From positions 1 to 64,000 of the forward strand of contig CAVYCN010000006.1 of assembly GCA_963767005.1 (NCBI GenBank): a DNA stretch of 64,000 bases, written 5' to 3'. Below, in pieces: positions 10,081 to 19,879 of the stretch. Both the position numbers and the translations under genes were made by a program. The notes beneath the pieces were generated by a model. The model ran no database searches, was not told the DNA's origin, and saw nothing but the letters and a program-made list of their open reading frames with translations. The DNA comes from an uncultured Actinomycetes bacterium (lineage in GTDB: Bacteria; Actinomycetota; Thermoleophilia; UBA2241). Position 1 is the first letter of the stretch. Each line of letters opens with the position of its first letter.

Positions 10081-10677
10081 ATGGCAGAGGTGCTGCTGTT
10101 CCACCACGCGCAGGGTCAGACGCCGGGCTTCCACGCCTTCGCCGACGAGCTGCGCCGCGCCGGCCACACCGTGCACACGCCCGACCTGCTCGACGTGCGC
10201 ACCTTCGCCAGCATCGACGAGGGCATGGCCTACGTCGAGCAGCTCGGCTTCGGCACCATCATCGAACGCGGCGAGCAGGCCGCCCACGAGCTGCCGAGCG
10301 AGCTCGTCTACGCCGGCTTCTCGCTCGGCGTCGTGCCGGCGCAGAAGATGGCGCAGACCCGCGCCGGCGCCCGCGGCGCCCTGCTCTTTCACTCCTGCGT
10401 GCCGCTCTCGGGGTTCGGCGGGATCTGGCCACCGGAGGTGCCGGTGCAGGTCCACGGCATGGACCACGATCCCTGGTTTGTCGACGGCGGCGACATCGAC
10501 GCCGCCCGCGAGCTGGTCGCCGCGGCCGAGCACGGCGAGCTCTTCCTCTACCCCGGCGATCAGCACTACTTCGCCGACTCGAGCCTGCCCTCGTACGAGC
10601 CGTCGGCCGCCGCCCTGCTCACGCGCCGTGTGCTCGCCTTTTTGCGGGCGGTCGACGCGGAGGCTCGCGCCGCCTGA
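10081..10677 (+). CDS. Dienelactone hydrolase family protein
   Basis: LLFHHAQG, GFSLG nucleophile elbow, YPGDQHYFAD. Confidence 0.85.
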   Translation: MAEVLLFHHAQGQTPGFHAFADELRRAGHTVHTPDLLDVRTFASIDEGMAYVEQLGFGTIIERGEQAAHELPSELVYAGFSLGVVPAQKMAQTRAGARGALLFHSCVPLSGFGGIWPPEVPVQVHGMDHDPWFVDGGDIDAARELVAAAEHGELFLYPGDQHYFADSSLPSYEPSAAALLTRRVLAFLRAVDAEARAA

Positions 10678-10863
10678 CGGTCCTCGTCGCACGCCGGCGT
10701 CGGTGCCGGCGCGTGCGACGCAGGAGCTCGCGGGCGTCCGGCCAGGTAGGGCGGTCCGCCGAGGTCTCGTCGCCATGCGCGGCGTCGCGCGATAGGCTTG
10801 GCTTAAGCGGGCGGCGGGGCGGCGCAGCCGCCCCGCCGCCGGATACACGCGGGAGGGGGGACC

Positions 10864-12318
10864 GTGTCCGATACCACGACGCGCGCCCGGAGCGGCGCGA
10901 GCTGGCCCTACCGACGCGTCTCGGGCGACGAGTGCCAGAGACTCCACGAGGCGGCCGTCTCGATCCTGCAACGCACGGGGGTGCGACTCGAGCTGCCGCG
11001 GGCCGTCGCGCTACTGCGCGCCGCCGACTGCGCGGTCGACGCGGACGGCATCGTCCACATCCCGCCGGCGCTCGTGGAGTGGGCGCTCGAACGGGCGCCG
11101 CGCTCGTTTACGATCCACGGCCGCGACGGCGCCCCGGCGATGGTCCTCGACGGCACCCGCACCTACTACGGACCCGGCTCCGACTGCCTCTCCATCGTCG
11201 ACCACCGCAGCGGCGAGCGGCGGCGGCCCACCATGGCGGACGTCGGCGAGGGCGTCGGCCTGGCCGACGCCCTCGCCGACGTCGATTTCGTCATGTCGAT
11301 GTTCCTGCCCGCCGACGTCGACGACCGCATCGCCGACCGGCACCAGCTCCGCGCGATGCTGACCGGCACGCGCAAGCCGCTCGTCTTCGTGACCTACGAC
11401 GCCTCGGGCTGCCGCGACGCCGTCGCCATGGCCGAGGCGGTCGCCGGCGGCGCCGAGGCCCTCACGACCAGGCCCTTCCTCGCCTGCTACGTGAACTGCG
11501 CGAGCGGCCTGCTGCACAACGCCGACGCGCTCGAGAAGCTCATCCTGCTGGCCGAGCGCGGGCTGCCGGTGCTCTACGTCCCCGGTTCGCAGGCCGGCGT
11601 GACCGGCCCGGCGACGCCCGCCGGGGCGGTTGCCGTGTTCTGGGCCGGCGTGCTCGCCGGCCTCGTGATCGCCCAGCTCGTGCGCGAGGGCACGCCCTTC
11701 GTGGCCAAGGGCTGGGGCGGTGGCGGCCTCGACATGAAGACGATGGTCTACGGCTACGCCGGCCCCGACCAGCGCGCGACGGCGACCGCCCTGGCGCGTC
11801 ACGTCGGCCTGCCGACCTTCTCGCTGGCCGGCGCGAGCGACGCCAAGACCGTCGACCAGCAGGCCGCCGCCGAGGCGGCCCTCACGCTCGCCGTCGAGAC
11901 GCTCGCCGGTCCCGACCTCGTGCACGACCTCGGCTACCTCGAGTCCGGGCTCACGGGCTCGCTCGCCCAGCTTGCGATCTGCGACGAGATGGTCGGCTGG
12001 CTCCGTCACTTGAGAGCCCCGCTCGACACCGGCGATGAGGCCCTCGCGCTCGACGTCGTCGACGAGGTCGGCCCCGACGGCCAGTTCCTCGCCACGCGCC
12101 ACACGGCGCGCCACTACCGCGAGCTGTACTACCCGACGCTCTTCGAGCGCGCCACGCGCGAGGCCTGGGTCACGGCGGGCTCGTCGACCTTGGCCGAGCG
12201 CGCCGGGCGGTGGGTCGAGGAGCTTCTCGCCGCGCGGCCCTCACCGGAGCCGCTCGCCTGTGACGACCGGCTCCGCGCGATCGTGGCCGCGGCCGAGCGA
12301 GGCGTGGCGACTGCCTAG
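10864..12318 (+). CDS. Trimethylamine methyltransferase superfamily protein, non-Pyl (MtgB-like)
   Basis: MttB fold throughout. At the Pyl-equivalent site it reads LPTFSLAGASDAK with no in-frame TAG; VHDLGYLESG, EVGPDGQFL. Confidence 0.9.
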   Translation: MSDTTTRARSGASWPYRRVSGDECQRLHEAAVSILQRTGVRLELPRAVALLRAADCAVDADGIVHIPPALVEWALERAPRSFTIHGRDGAPAMVLDGTRTYYGPGSDCLSIVDHRSGERRRPTMADVGEGVGLADALADVDFVMSMFLPADVDDRIADRHQLRAMLTGTRKPLVFVTYDASGCRDAVAMAEAVAGGAEALTTRPFLACYVNCASGLLHNADALEKLILLAERGLPVLYVPGSQAGVTGPATPAGAVAVFWAGVLAGLVIAQLVREGTPFVAKGWGGGGLDMKTMVYGYAGPDQRATATALARHVGLPTFSLAGASDAKTVDQQAAAEAALTLAVETLAGPDLVHDLGYLESGLTGSLAQLAICDEMVGWLRHLRAPLDTGDEALALDVVDEVGPDGQFLATRHTARHYRELYYPTLFERATREAWVTAGSSTLAERAGRWVEELLAARPSPEPLACDDRLRAIVAAAERGVATA

Positions 12319-12356
12319 GAGCGCGCGTCGGCGTCGCCCTGCGGCGCCCTCTCGCC

Positions 12357-13220
12357 TTACGCCGCCCGTTCGGCCCGCTCCGAGCCGCTCCCCGGCTCCA
12401 TCTCGCCGTTCAAGAACGGCAGCACGGTCGGCACCAGCGCGGGTGACGCGAACACGTCGTAGTGCGTCCGGCCGGGCAGGATCGCCAGGCGGTTGCGCGA
12501 CATGTTTTCGCCCGCCCAGCCGCCGTCGCGCAGGCCGCCGCCGAGCAGGTGGTAGAACTCGACCATGTGCTCCGGGCGGTACATGTCGCTGTCGCCGTAG
12601 ACGAGCATGACCGGCATGCGCAGGCCCTTCGCGTCGTCTGAGTAGTCGAAGTCCTGGCGCATCATGTCCCCCATGCGGTCGAGCAGCCGCGGGAAGTCCT
12701 CGGGGTGCGGCGCGACCGCGACGTAGTGCTGGTACATGGGCGTGCCCTTCATCCTCTCGGCGGCGGCACTGCCCATCTGCGCCTGCTGGGAGCGCATCTC
12801 GGCGTAAAAGCCGTCGGGGCGAAAGCCGGCCGACACCAGCACCAGGCGCCGCACCATCGCGGGGTGCTGCGCGGCCAGGCGAAAGGCGACGCCGGCGCCC
12901 AGCGAGTAGCCGATCGCGTCGACCTGGCGGTAGCCGAGCCGTTCCAGCAGTATCGCCATGTCGTCGCCCATGTCGATCAGGCTGATCGGGCGGTCGCCGA
13001 GCGGCGTGCGGCCGTGACCGTGCAGGTCGACGGCGATCACCTGGCGGCCCGCGCCGAGCAGGGCATGGCTCGGTCCGAAGAGGTTGCTCGAGCCGAGTCC
13101 GCCGTGCAGCACGAGCAGCGGCTCGCCCTCGCCGTGGATCTCGTAGTAGTAGTCGATGCCGTTGGCGTTCACGCGCCCGGCTTCGACGGGCGTGGGGTTC
13201 GACAGGGATCCGGCTTCCAT
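12357..13220 (-). CDS. Alpha/beta hydrolase
   Basis: LHGGLGS, DLHGHGRT, GYSLG, GDSD, LPGRTHY. Confidence 0.9.
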   Translation of the reverse strand: MEAGSLSNPTPVEAGRVNANGIDYYYEIHGEGEPLLVLHGGLGSSNLFGPSHALLGAGRQVIAVDLHGHGRTPLGDRPISLIDMGDDMAILLERLGYRQVDAIGYSLGAGVAFRLAAQHPAMVRRLVLVSAGFRPDGFYAEMRSQQAQMGSAAAERMKGTPMYQHYVAVAPHPEDFPRLLDRMGDMMRQDFDYSDDAKGLRMPVMLVYGDSDMYRPEHMVEFYHLLGGGLRDGGWAGENMSRNRLAILPGRTHYDVFASPALVPTVLPFLNGEMEPGSGSERAERAA

Positions 13221-13435
13221 GATCACTGCCCTCCTTCTCGCGGGCGCGCGGCCGGCCTGATCGCCGGCCGCGCGTCGCGTCTCGTCCTTGTGAGTGCTGC
13301 CGAAGAGTGTTCCCGCGCGCCATCGGTTGCCTGCGGCCCGGCTCCGGGTACCCGCATGACGAACGGATTGTGGGCCGGCAGTGCCCGGCGGGGCGTTGTC
13401 TGCCCGTGGTTGACCAGCACGAGAGGGTGATCGAC

Positions 13436-13864
13436 GTGAACGAGAGCACAAGCCAGGAGCTGTACCGGCGGGTGACCCAGGACGCGTTCAGCAAGGGCGA
13501 CCTGAGCGTCCTCGACGAGACGATGACCCCCGACTTCCAGGAGCACGAGGGGCTCCCAGGGACCCGGTCCGGACGTGACGGGGTCAAGGACATCGTCACG
13601 ATGATGCGGTCGGCCTTCCCCGACCTGAGCGTGCGGATCGAAGACACCTTCGAGGCCGGCGATCAGCTCTGCGCGCGGGCCACCTTCATGGGGACCAACA
13701 CCGGGTCGTTCATGGGCAACCCCCCGACCGGCAAGCACGTCGAGTGGGAGGCGATCGACGTCATCCGGGTGCGCGACGGACGCTGCGCCGAGCACTGGGG
13801 TCAGATGGACATGGTCGGGCTCCTCACGCGGCTCGGCCTCGTCGATATGCCGATGGCAGCGTAG
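13436..13864 (+). CDS. SnoaL-like ester cyclase
   Basis: AFPDL...GTNTGSFMGNPPTGK...EHWGQMD. Confidence 0.9.
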   Translation: MNESTSQELYRRVTQDAFSKGDLSVLDETMTPDFQEHEGLPGTRSGRDGVKDIVTMMRSAFPDLSVRIEDTFEAGDQLCARATFMGTNTGSFMGNPPTGKHVEWEAIDVIRVRDGRCAEHWGQMDMVGLLTRLGLVDMPMAA

Positions 13865-13910
13865 CAAGCGGCGCGCCGGGCGTTCGGGCGGCGGGCCGCA
13901 GGCCCGCCGG

Positions 13911-14744
13911 TCACTCCAGCTCGAAGGCGGTCTCCATGAGTTGGATGAGGCGTCGCAGGAACCGCGCGACCGGCACGCCGTCGACCACCTCGTGATCGAA
14001 GAGCACGGTCAGGCTCACGAACTCGCGCGGCTCGGCCGGCTCGTCGCTCAGGCCGGCACGACGCCCGATGGCGCCGATCGCGACCACGAGCGGATGGATC
14101 GCGATCGGGATCCCCCAGCCACCGCCGCCGGAGCGGCTGGCCACCGGCACCGAGGTGACCATGACGGTGCCCATCGTCGCCTTCACGCGCCGCGGGCTGC
14201 GCAGCAGCGGCTCCCAGTAGAGCCACCTGCGCAGAGCGAAAGGCGCCCTGAACGCCAGCGGCAGCACCCAGGCGGGCGGGCTGAAACCTCGCGCCTCGAG
14301 CACCTGCTCGCCGGGCGCGAGCGGCATCGTCTGCACACGGCGCACCTCGGCGCTGATCTCGGCGACGCTCCGCTGCTCGGCCTTGCGCAGCACGAAGGGC
14401 ATCGGCAGGCGCTCGTCTGAGTCGTCGTCGGAGAGGCGCCGGTAGACCGCCAGGGCGGTGTCGACGTCTTCGAAGACGACCAGGTTGCGCCGGCCGCGCC
14501 GCAGACCGTGCACGCGGCGGTGCTCGGCGGCGGCCTGAGCGACGCACTTCACGACCCAGGCGGTGAACGACAGATCGAGGCCGGCGCGCTTGTGCTCGGC
14601 GAGCGCCGCCCGCGCGTCGGTGACGTCGACCTCGAGCAGGACCGGCACGTAGTGCTTGCCCTTGGCTATGCGGAAGAGGTCGAGGCCCGCGGTCCGCGCC
14701 AGCGGGTAGGGCAGCTCCTCGTAGCGACCGAGCAGGTCGTCCAT
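13911..14744 (-). CDS. Stand-alone 2-oxoacid dehydrogenase E2-type acyltransferase catalytic domain
   Basis: LEVDVT, SFTAW, DHEVVDG motif; no lipoyl domain. Confidence 0.85.
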   Translation of the reverse strand: MDDLLGRYEELPYPLARTAGLDLFRIAKGKHYVPVLLEVDVTDARAALAEHKRAGLDLSFTAWVVKCVAQAAAEHRRVHGLRRGRRNLVVFEDVDTALAVYRRLSDDDSDERLPMPFVLRKAEQRSVAEISAEVRRVQTMPLAPGEQVLEARGFSPPAWVLPLAFRAPFALRRWLYWEPLLRSPRRVKATMGTVMVTSVPVASRSGGGGWGIPIAIHPLVVAIGAIGRRAGLSDEPAEPREFVSLTVLFDHEVVDGVPVARFLRRLIQLMETAFELE

Positions 14745-14765
14745 GGGCGCATCGTACCCCATGGC

Positions 14766-14812
14766 CGGCGGGGCGCGGCGGCGAGCTTGCCAGCTCGCCG
14801 CCCCGCCCCGCC
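14766..14812. repeat. REP-like palindromic element, copy 1
   Basis: GGCGGCGAGCTTGCCAGCTCGCCGCCCCGCCCC. Confidence 0.7.
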
Positions 14813-14914
14813 ACGCGACCCGCCCCGCCCCGCCCAACGCGTTTTCTACCGGCCGTCGCGGGCAGCCCCTTTGGTACGCCCATCGTCCATACCGCTCGCT
14901 CAAGGAGGCACCCC

Positions 14915-15757
14915 ATGAGCATGTTCACGACCAAAGACGGCACCCGCCTCTACTACAAGGACTGGGGCTCGGGGCAGCCGATCGTCTTCAGCCACGGCTG
15001 GCCGCTCAGCTCCGACGCCTTCGAGGACCAGATGTTCTTTCTGGTCAACCACGGTTACCGCTGCGTCGCCGCCGACCGGCGTGGGCACGGGCGCTCGAGT
15101 CAGCCGTGGCACGGCAACGACATGGACACCTACGCCGACGACCTCGGCGAGCTCATCGACTCACTCGACCTGCGGGACGCCATCCTCGTCGGTCACTCCA
15201 CCGGCGGCGGTGAGGTCGCGCGCTACATCGGCCGTCACGGCACGGAGCGCGTGTCTGAGGCGGTGCTGATCGGCGCGGTGCCACCCATCATGGTGAAGTC
15301 GGCTGCGAACCCCGAGGGCACGCCGATCGAGGTCCTCGACGGCCAGCGCGAGAGCATCCTGGCCGACCGCTCGCAGTTCTGGAAGGACCTCTCGCTGCCG
15401 TTCTACGGCTTCAACCGGCCCGGCGCCAAGGTGTCGGAAGGCCTGCGCCAGTCGTTCTGGCTGCAGGGCATGATGGCGGGCATGCCGGCCTCGTACGACT
15501 GCGTCAAGCAGTTCTCCGAGACCGACTTCACCGGGGACCTCGAGCGCATCGACGTGCCCACCCTGATCATCCACGGCGACGACGACCAGATCGTGCCGAT
15601 CGCCGACGCGGGCATGAAGTCGGCGAAGATCGTCAAGGACGCCGAGCTCAAGGTCTACGCCGGGGCGCCGCACGGCCTGTGCTCGACGCTCAAGGACCGC
15701 GTGAACCAGGACCTGCTCGAGTTCGCGCAGCGCGCCAGGATGCGGCGCGCGGCCTGA
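14915..15757 (+). CDS. cpo: Non-heme chloroperoxidase / perhydrolase (alpha/beta hydrolase)
   Basis: [40 protein letters not shown]. Confidence 0.9.
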   Translation: MSMFTTKDGTRLYYKDWGSGQPIVFSHGWPLSSDAFEDQMFFLVNHGYRCVAADRRGHGRSSQPWHGNDMDTYADDLGELIDSLDLRDAILVGHSTGGGEVARYIGRHGTERVSEAVLIGAVPPIMVKSAANPEGTPIEVLDGQRESILADRSQFWKDLSLPFYGFNRPGAKVSEGLRQSFWLQGMMAGMPASYDCVKQFSETDFTGDLERIDVPTLIIHGDDDQIVPIADAGMKSAKIVKDAELKVYAGAPHGLCSTLKDRVNQDLLEFAQRARMRRAA

Positions 15758-15773
15758 GCCGCGGCGCGGTCGG

Positions 15774-15814
15774 CGCGGCGGGGCGGCGACCTTGCAGCTC
15801 GCCGCCCCGCCGCG
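15774..15814. repeat. REP-like palindromic element, copy 2
   Basis: GGGGCGGCGACCTTGCAGCTCGCCGCCCC. Confidence 0.7.
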
Positions 15815-16003
15815 ACGCGCTCAGTCGGCGGTCGCGCCCGTCTGGCTTGCCCGCTGCGAGGTCGAGTCAACCACGCCCGAGGCGAGGTAGACCGACCAGC
15901 CCATCACCGTGCCGGCCGGCACGTCGATCCTGGCCAGGGCCGGATCGACGACCACCGACTCCTCGCCGAGCAGAGCCGGCAGTACCAGAGGCTCGCCGCA
16001 GAC

Positions 16004-17170
16004 CTAGGGTGTCCGCAAGACCGGGTCAACTCCAGCGCTCAGCCCAACTCCACTGACCGCACAACTCGCGTAGCAGCTCGACCAGCCGTAAGCAACAGCC
16101 GTATAGGATGCGATGAACTCAAGCTCGTCGCCCACTCTCACGGGAACCGCCGCGTCAGTCACGTCGAGGACCAGGTGGTCGGAGCTTGCTCCGACGATGA
16201 AGCTCCCGGCGAGGCTGGGCCGCATGAACTGAACGCCGGCGTCGAGCTCGCCCATCGACAGGACGGCGCGCCGCCGCACGCCCAGATCGGGCCACGTGTT
16301 GACGCGCATGAACGCGTCGGTCGCCACTTCGCCGTCGGGCGTCGAGGGCTTGTGCTTCACCTCGATGACCTCAGCGTAGATCGTGAACGTGTCCATGTGG
16401 GCGTCGGGAACCTCGATGTTCCTCACGCTGTCGATGCCGAAGAGGATGGCCTCTCCCAGGCGGAGGTGTGTGAAGCGCTTGGGCATCTCGCCGCTCATCA
16501 GGAACTGCAGATCGGCGGTGTTGCCGGCCGAGACCATAGGGAACCGATAGCCCAGCTCATCCTCGAGCTGCGCCACCTGCCGCGCGAAGGCCGCCTGGCT
16601 TTCGGCGGACGAGAGCACGCCGCACAGACAACCGAGGTTCGTCGCCACGCCTGCCAGAGAGAGCCCGGGAAGCTCCAGGACCAGGCGGCACAGGGCTGCG
16701 GCGTCTTCGGGCATCGTGCCCTCGCGACGGTCGCCGCTCTCCACGATCACGAGCACGCCGTGGCGACGCTCCGCGGCGACCGCGGCCCGCGAAAGGGCGC
16801 GCACGACGTCTGCCTCGGAGTTGAAGCTGTACTCGGCCAGCCAGACGACGTCATCGGCCTCGCTCAGCGCCGGCAGGCGCAGCAGCATGACCTCGCAGGG
16901 GATGCCGGCGTCCCTGATGCGGCGGATGTTGTCGAGGCGGGACTCGCCGACGATGCGCACACCACCGCTGACCATCGCCTCGACGATCTCGGGCTCGCCG
17001 CGCACGACCTTGCTGACGCCGATGACCGCGACATCGTGCGCGGCGCACAGTCGCACGACGGCGGCGGCGTTGACTGCGATCTTCGCCGCATCGGCGACTA
17101 TGCGCACGGCTGAACCCGGCCGGTACCCGCGATAGGCCCGCCTACTGTCGCCATCAAGAGTGCAGGACAA
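16004..17170 (-). CDS. PLP-dependent alanine/ornithine racemase family protein (Orr/YhfX-like); start may be 17107
   Basis: GVSK PLP lysine, ESRLDN, GDRREG, TNLGC, SAGN, LRLGEAILFG, GASSDHL. Confidence 0.85.
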   Translation of the reverse strand: MSCTLDGDSRRAYRGYRPGSAVRIVADAAKIAVNAAAVVRLCAAHDVAVIGVSKVVRGEPEIVEAMVSGGVRIVGESRLDNIRRIRDAGIPCEVMLLRLPALSEADDVVWLAEYSFNSEADVVRALSRAAVAAERRHGVLVIVESGDRREGTMPEDAAALCRLVLELPGLSLAGVATNLGCLCGVLSSAESQAAFARQVAQLEDELGYRFPMVSAGNTADLQFLMSGEMPKRFTHLRLGEAILFGIDSVRNIEVPDAHMDTFTIYAEVIEVKHKPSTPDGEVATDAFMRVNTWPDLGVRRRAVLSMGELDAGVQFMRPSLAGSFIVGASSDHLVLDVTDAAVPVRVGDELEFIASYTAVAYGWSSCYASCAVSGVGLSAGVDPVLRTP

Positions 17171-17414
17171 GCAGGAGACACCTTGACCTCCCCAGCCTTC
17201 ATCCGCTCCAACGCCCGTATGTTACTGGACCTGGGGGTGGAGTGAGTGGCGCGTTCATGGCATGCCCCCGCGACCATGGGCAGTCCGGGGGCCGGCATTC
17301 AACCAGGGAGGTCTGAATGCGCTACGAGTGTAACCCTGCGAGCCACCGGGTCAAGCGATTGCACCGGCGTCGCTGAACGTCGGCGATCGGTCGCCGGATG
17401 TCCCGGCGGAAACG

Positions 17415-17452
17415 GAGGGCGGCAGAGGGCTCGAAGCCTCTGCCGCCCCCCC
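17415..17452. terminator. Stem-loop downstream of the APC permease
   Basis: GGGCGGCAGAGG-gctcgaag-CCTCTGCCGCCC. Confidence 0.6.
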
Positions 17453-17495
17453 ATGCCGAGACGTGGTCCCGGTCAGAGACGCGCAGCGAGGATCG

Positions 17496-19007
17496 TCACT
17501 CCTGCTCGGTGACGACACCCTCGATGACAGCGTCCTCAGCGACCGCGCCCTGCGTACGACCGTAGGCCCAGAAGCCCACCGCGATGAGCGTAAGGACGGC
17601 GAACGTGCCGAGGTCCATGAGCTCGAACCGCAGCCGGGACATGCCCCAGCTGTCGGTGATCGAGTAGCTGTGGCCGAGCATGTTGTCGAGCAGCCCCGGC
17701 CAGAGCAGGGTAATGCAGGTGATGACGGACAGGATCCAGGTGATCGCCGCGCAGGCCCACAGGAAGGCGGCGCCGCCCGGCACGACATACGGCCGGTGGA
17801 CGTGCGGGTGCGTGGTGCGCAGACGCACGATCGCCGGGACCAGGAGGACGTAGACGATCACCGTCAGCGAGGTGTCGAGGGCGATCATCACGCCGATGAA
17901 CTCCTTGAGGCTGCCGCTCGTCACGAGGAAGACGATCACGCACATGATCGAGCTGACGACGCCCGAGATGATGGCCATCACCGCCGGCGTGCCCTGCTTG
18001 GAGAACATGCCGAGCACGCGCGGGGCGGAGCCGTCGAGGGCGGCTACGGCCTGGACGCGGCAGGCGCCCAGCAGCCAGATCGAGCCGGAGCTCACGTACT
18101 GCAGGATGAAGAGGACGCCGAGGAAGTAGCCGAGCGCCTTGGCGGTGCCGCTGCCCACCGCGTCGGCCATGACGGCCTGCACGGCGGACGGGATGCCCGA
18201 CGCCGCGGTGAGGTCCTTTTCCTTGAGCACGAGCAGCATGCACAGCATGACGACGACGTACATGACCGTCGTGATGGCGCCGCTGGTGAAGATCGAGCGC
18301 GGCACGTCCTTCTGCGGGTCGACCATCTCTTCGCCGGCCGAGGACTGCAGCTCGAAGCCGAACCAGAGGAAGCAGATGACGCCGATGATCCCGAGGAAGC
18401 CGGTGACGGTGGGCTTGTACGAGCTCGCGGGGGCGATGCCCTTGGGCACGCCGTGGCGGGCCAGGAAGAGGATCGCGAGGATCGCCATCACGACCATGAT
18501 GATGCCCTTGAAGATGGTGCCCAGGTTGCCCGTCCACTTGCCGTACCTGAGGTTGATGATGGACAGGACGATGACCACCCAGGTGTAGACCAGGCCGACC
18601 ACGATCGAGGCCGCTGTGCCGAGCGGGTGGCTGGGCGTGAAGAAGACGTCGATGACGCCGATGGTCACGGCGGTGAGCGTGCCGCCGATCCAGACCGGGT
18701 TCGAGATCCAGTAGTAGAACGTGGTGATCTCGCCAAACAGCTTGCCGTAGGTCATGCGGCACCAGGCGTACACGCCGCCCTCGGCCGGGAAGGCGGCCGT
18801 GGCCTCGGACAGGAGGAGGCCCAGCGGGATGAGGAAGATGAAGAAGGTGATGATCAGCCAGGTGATCGCCTGGCCCAGGCCGACCGACGTGGTGTAGGCC
18901 AGCGAGTCGAACCCGATGATGGCGCAGGCGGTGAACAGGGCCATGTCCCACCGGCGCAGGGTCTTGGTGAGTTTGGCCTTCTCGGTTGCCATTTCGATGT
19001 CTGGCAT
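17496..19007 (-). CDS. APC-family amino acid/amine permease
   Basis: About 12 TM helices; FPAEGGVYAW, GFELQSSAGEEM, RPYVVPGG. Confidence 0.9.
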   Translation of the reverse strand: MPDIEMATEKAKLTKTLRRWDMALFTACAIIGFDSLAYTTSVGLGQAITWLIITFFIFLIPLGLLLSEATAAFPAEGGVYAWCRMTYGKLFGEITTFYYWISNPVWIGGTLTAVTIGVIDVFFTPSHPLGTAASIVVGLVYTWVVIVLSIINLRYGKWTGNLGTIFKGIIMVVMAILAILFLARHGVPKGIAPASSYKPTVTGFLGIIGVICFLWFGFELQSSAGEEMVDPQKDVPRSIFTSGAITTVMYVVVMLCMLLVLKEKDLTAASGIPSAVQAVMADAVGSGTAKALGYFLGVLFILQYVSSGSIWLLGACRVQAVAALDGSAPRVLGMFSKQGTPAVMAIISGVVSSIMCVIVFLVTSGSLKEFIGVMIALDTSLTVIVYVLLVPAIVRLRTTHPHVHRPYVVPGGAAFLWACAAITWILSVITCITLLWPGLLDNMLGHSYSITDSWGMSRLRFELMDLGTFAVLTLIAVGFWAYGRTQGAVAEDAVIEGVVTEQE

Positions 19008-19260
19008 GCGACCCCCCTTGCCTCGTCCCCCCGCCAATGCCCTCAGCGTCCACAAGGCACGGAGGGAACACTACAGTGACCCGACCATCGTACAGCAAGT
19101 CCTGGTGAGGCGGGAGGCACCCGGGAGGCCGGTCCTGCCGGCCGCTCACGGCGTTCAACCGGGCCCCAGCGGGCAGCCTGCCTTCGTCACACCACACGGA
19201 CAGGCCGAGCCATCGCCTCGGCTCGTCCCGCGACCGCACCGCGAGCCCACGGAGGCGCCC

Positions 19261-19848
19261 ATGAAGACCTACAAGGTCGGCTACCTGATCGGCAGCCTGT
19301 CGTCCACCTCGATCAACCGCGTCCTGTCCAAGGCGCTCGTCATGCTGGCGCCGGCCGACTTGGAGATGATCGAGATCCCGATCCGCGACCTCGGGCTCTA
19401 CAGTCCCGACCACGACCCCGACTACCCGCCCGAGGCGCGGGCGCTCAAGGAGCGCCTCGCCGCGGTCGACGCGGTGCTCTTCATCACGCCCGAGTACAAC
19501 CGCGGCCTGCCGGGGCCCCTGAAGAACGCGATCGACTGGGCGAGCCGCCCCTGGGGCCAGAACTCGTTCGCGCGCAAGCCGAGCGCCATGATCGGCGCCT
19601 CGATCGGCAAGATCGGCACCGCCGTCGCGCAGCAGAACCTGAAGAGCGTGCTGAGCTTCTGCAACGCCCCGCAGATGAGCGCGCCCGAGGCCTACATCCA
19701 GTTCACGCCCGGCCTGTTCACCGAGACCGGCGAGGTGACCGACCCGACCACGGCCCAGTTCCTGACCGACTACATGATGGCCTTCCGTGGCTTCATCTGC
19801 CGCGTGCTGGCGGTGGTGAAGGACAGCGGCGAGGTCGAGTCCGCCTGA
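19261..19848 (+). CDS. NADPH-dependent FMN reductase (ChrR/YieF-like)
   Basis: GSLSSTSINR, TPEYNR, LKNAIDWASRPWG. Confidence 0.9.
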   Translation: MKTYKVGYLIGSLSSTSINRVLSKALVMLAPADLEMIEIPIRDLGLYSPDHDPDYPPEARALKERLAAVDAVLFITPEYNRGLPGPLKNAIDWASRPWGQNSFARKPSAMIGASIGKIGTAVAQQNLKSVLSFCNAPQMSAPEAYIQFTPGLFTETGEVTDPTTAQFLTDYMMAFRGFICRVLAVVKDSGEVESA

Positions 19849-19879
19849 GCGGCGTCCGGTCCGCCTGGGCGCCCACCCC

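Noticed and set aside
17170-17420. Riboswitch or ncRNA upstream of the racemase (also considered for 45620-46040, 13220-13430 and a T-box before thrS)
   Set aside because: No recognisable consensus by eye; an Rfam/Infernal scan would be needed.
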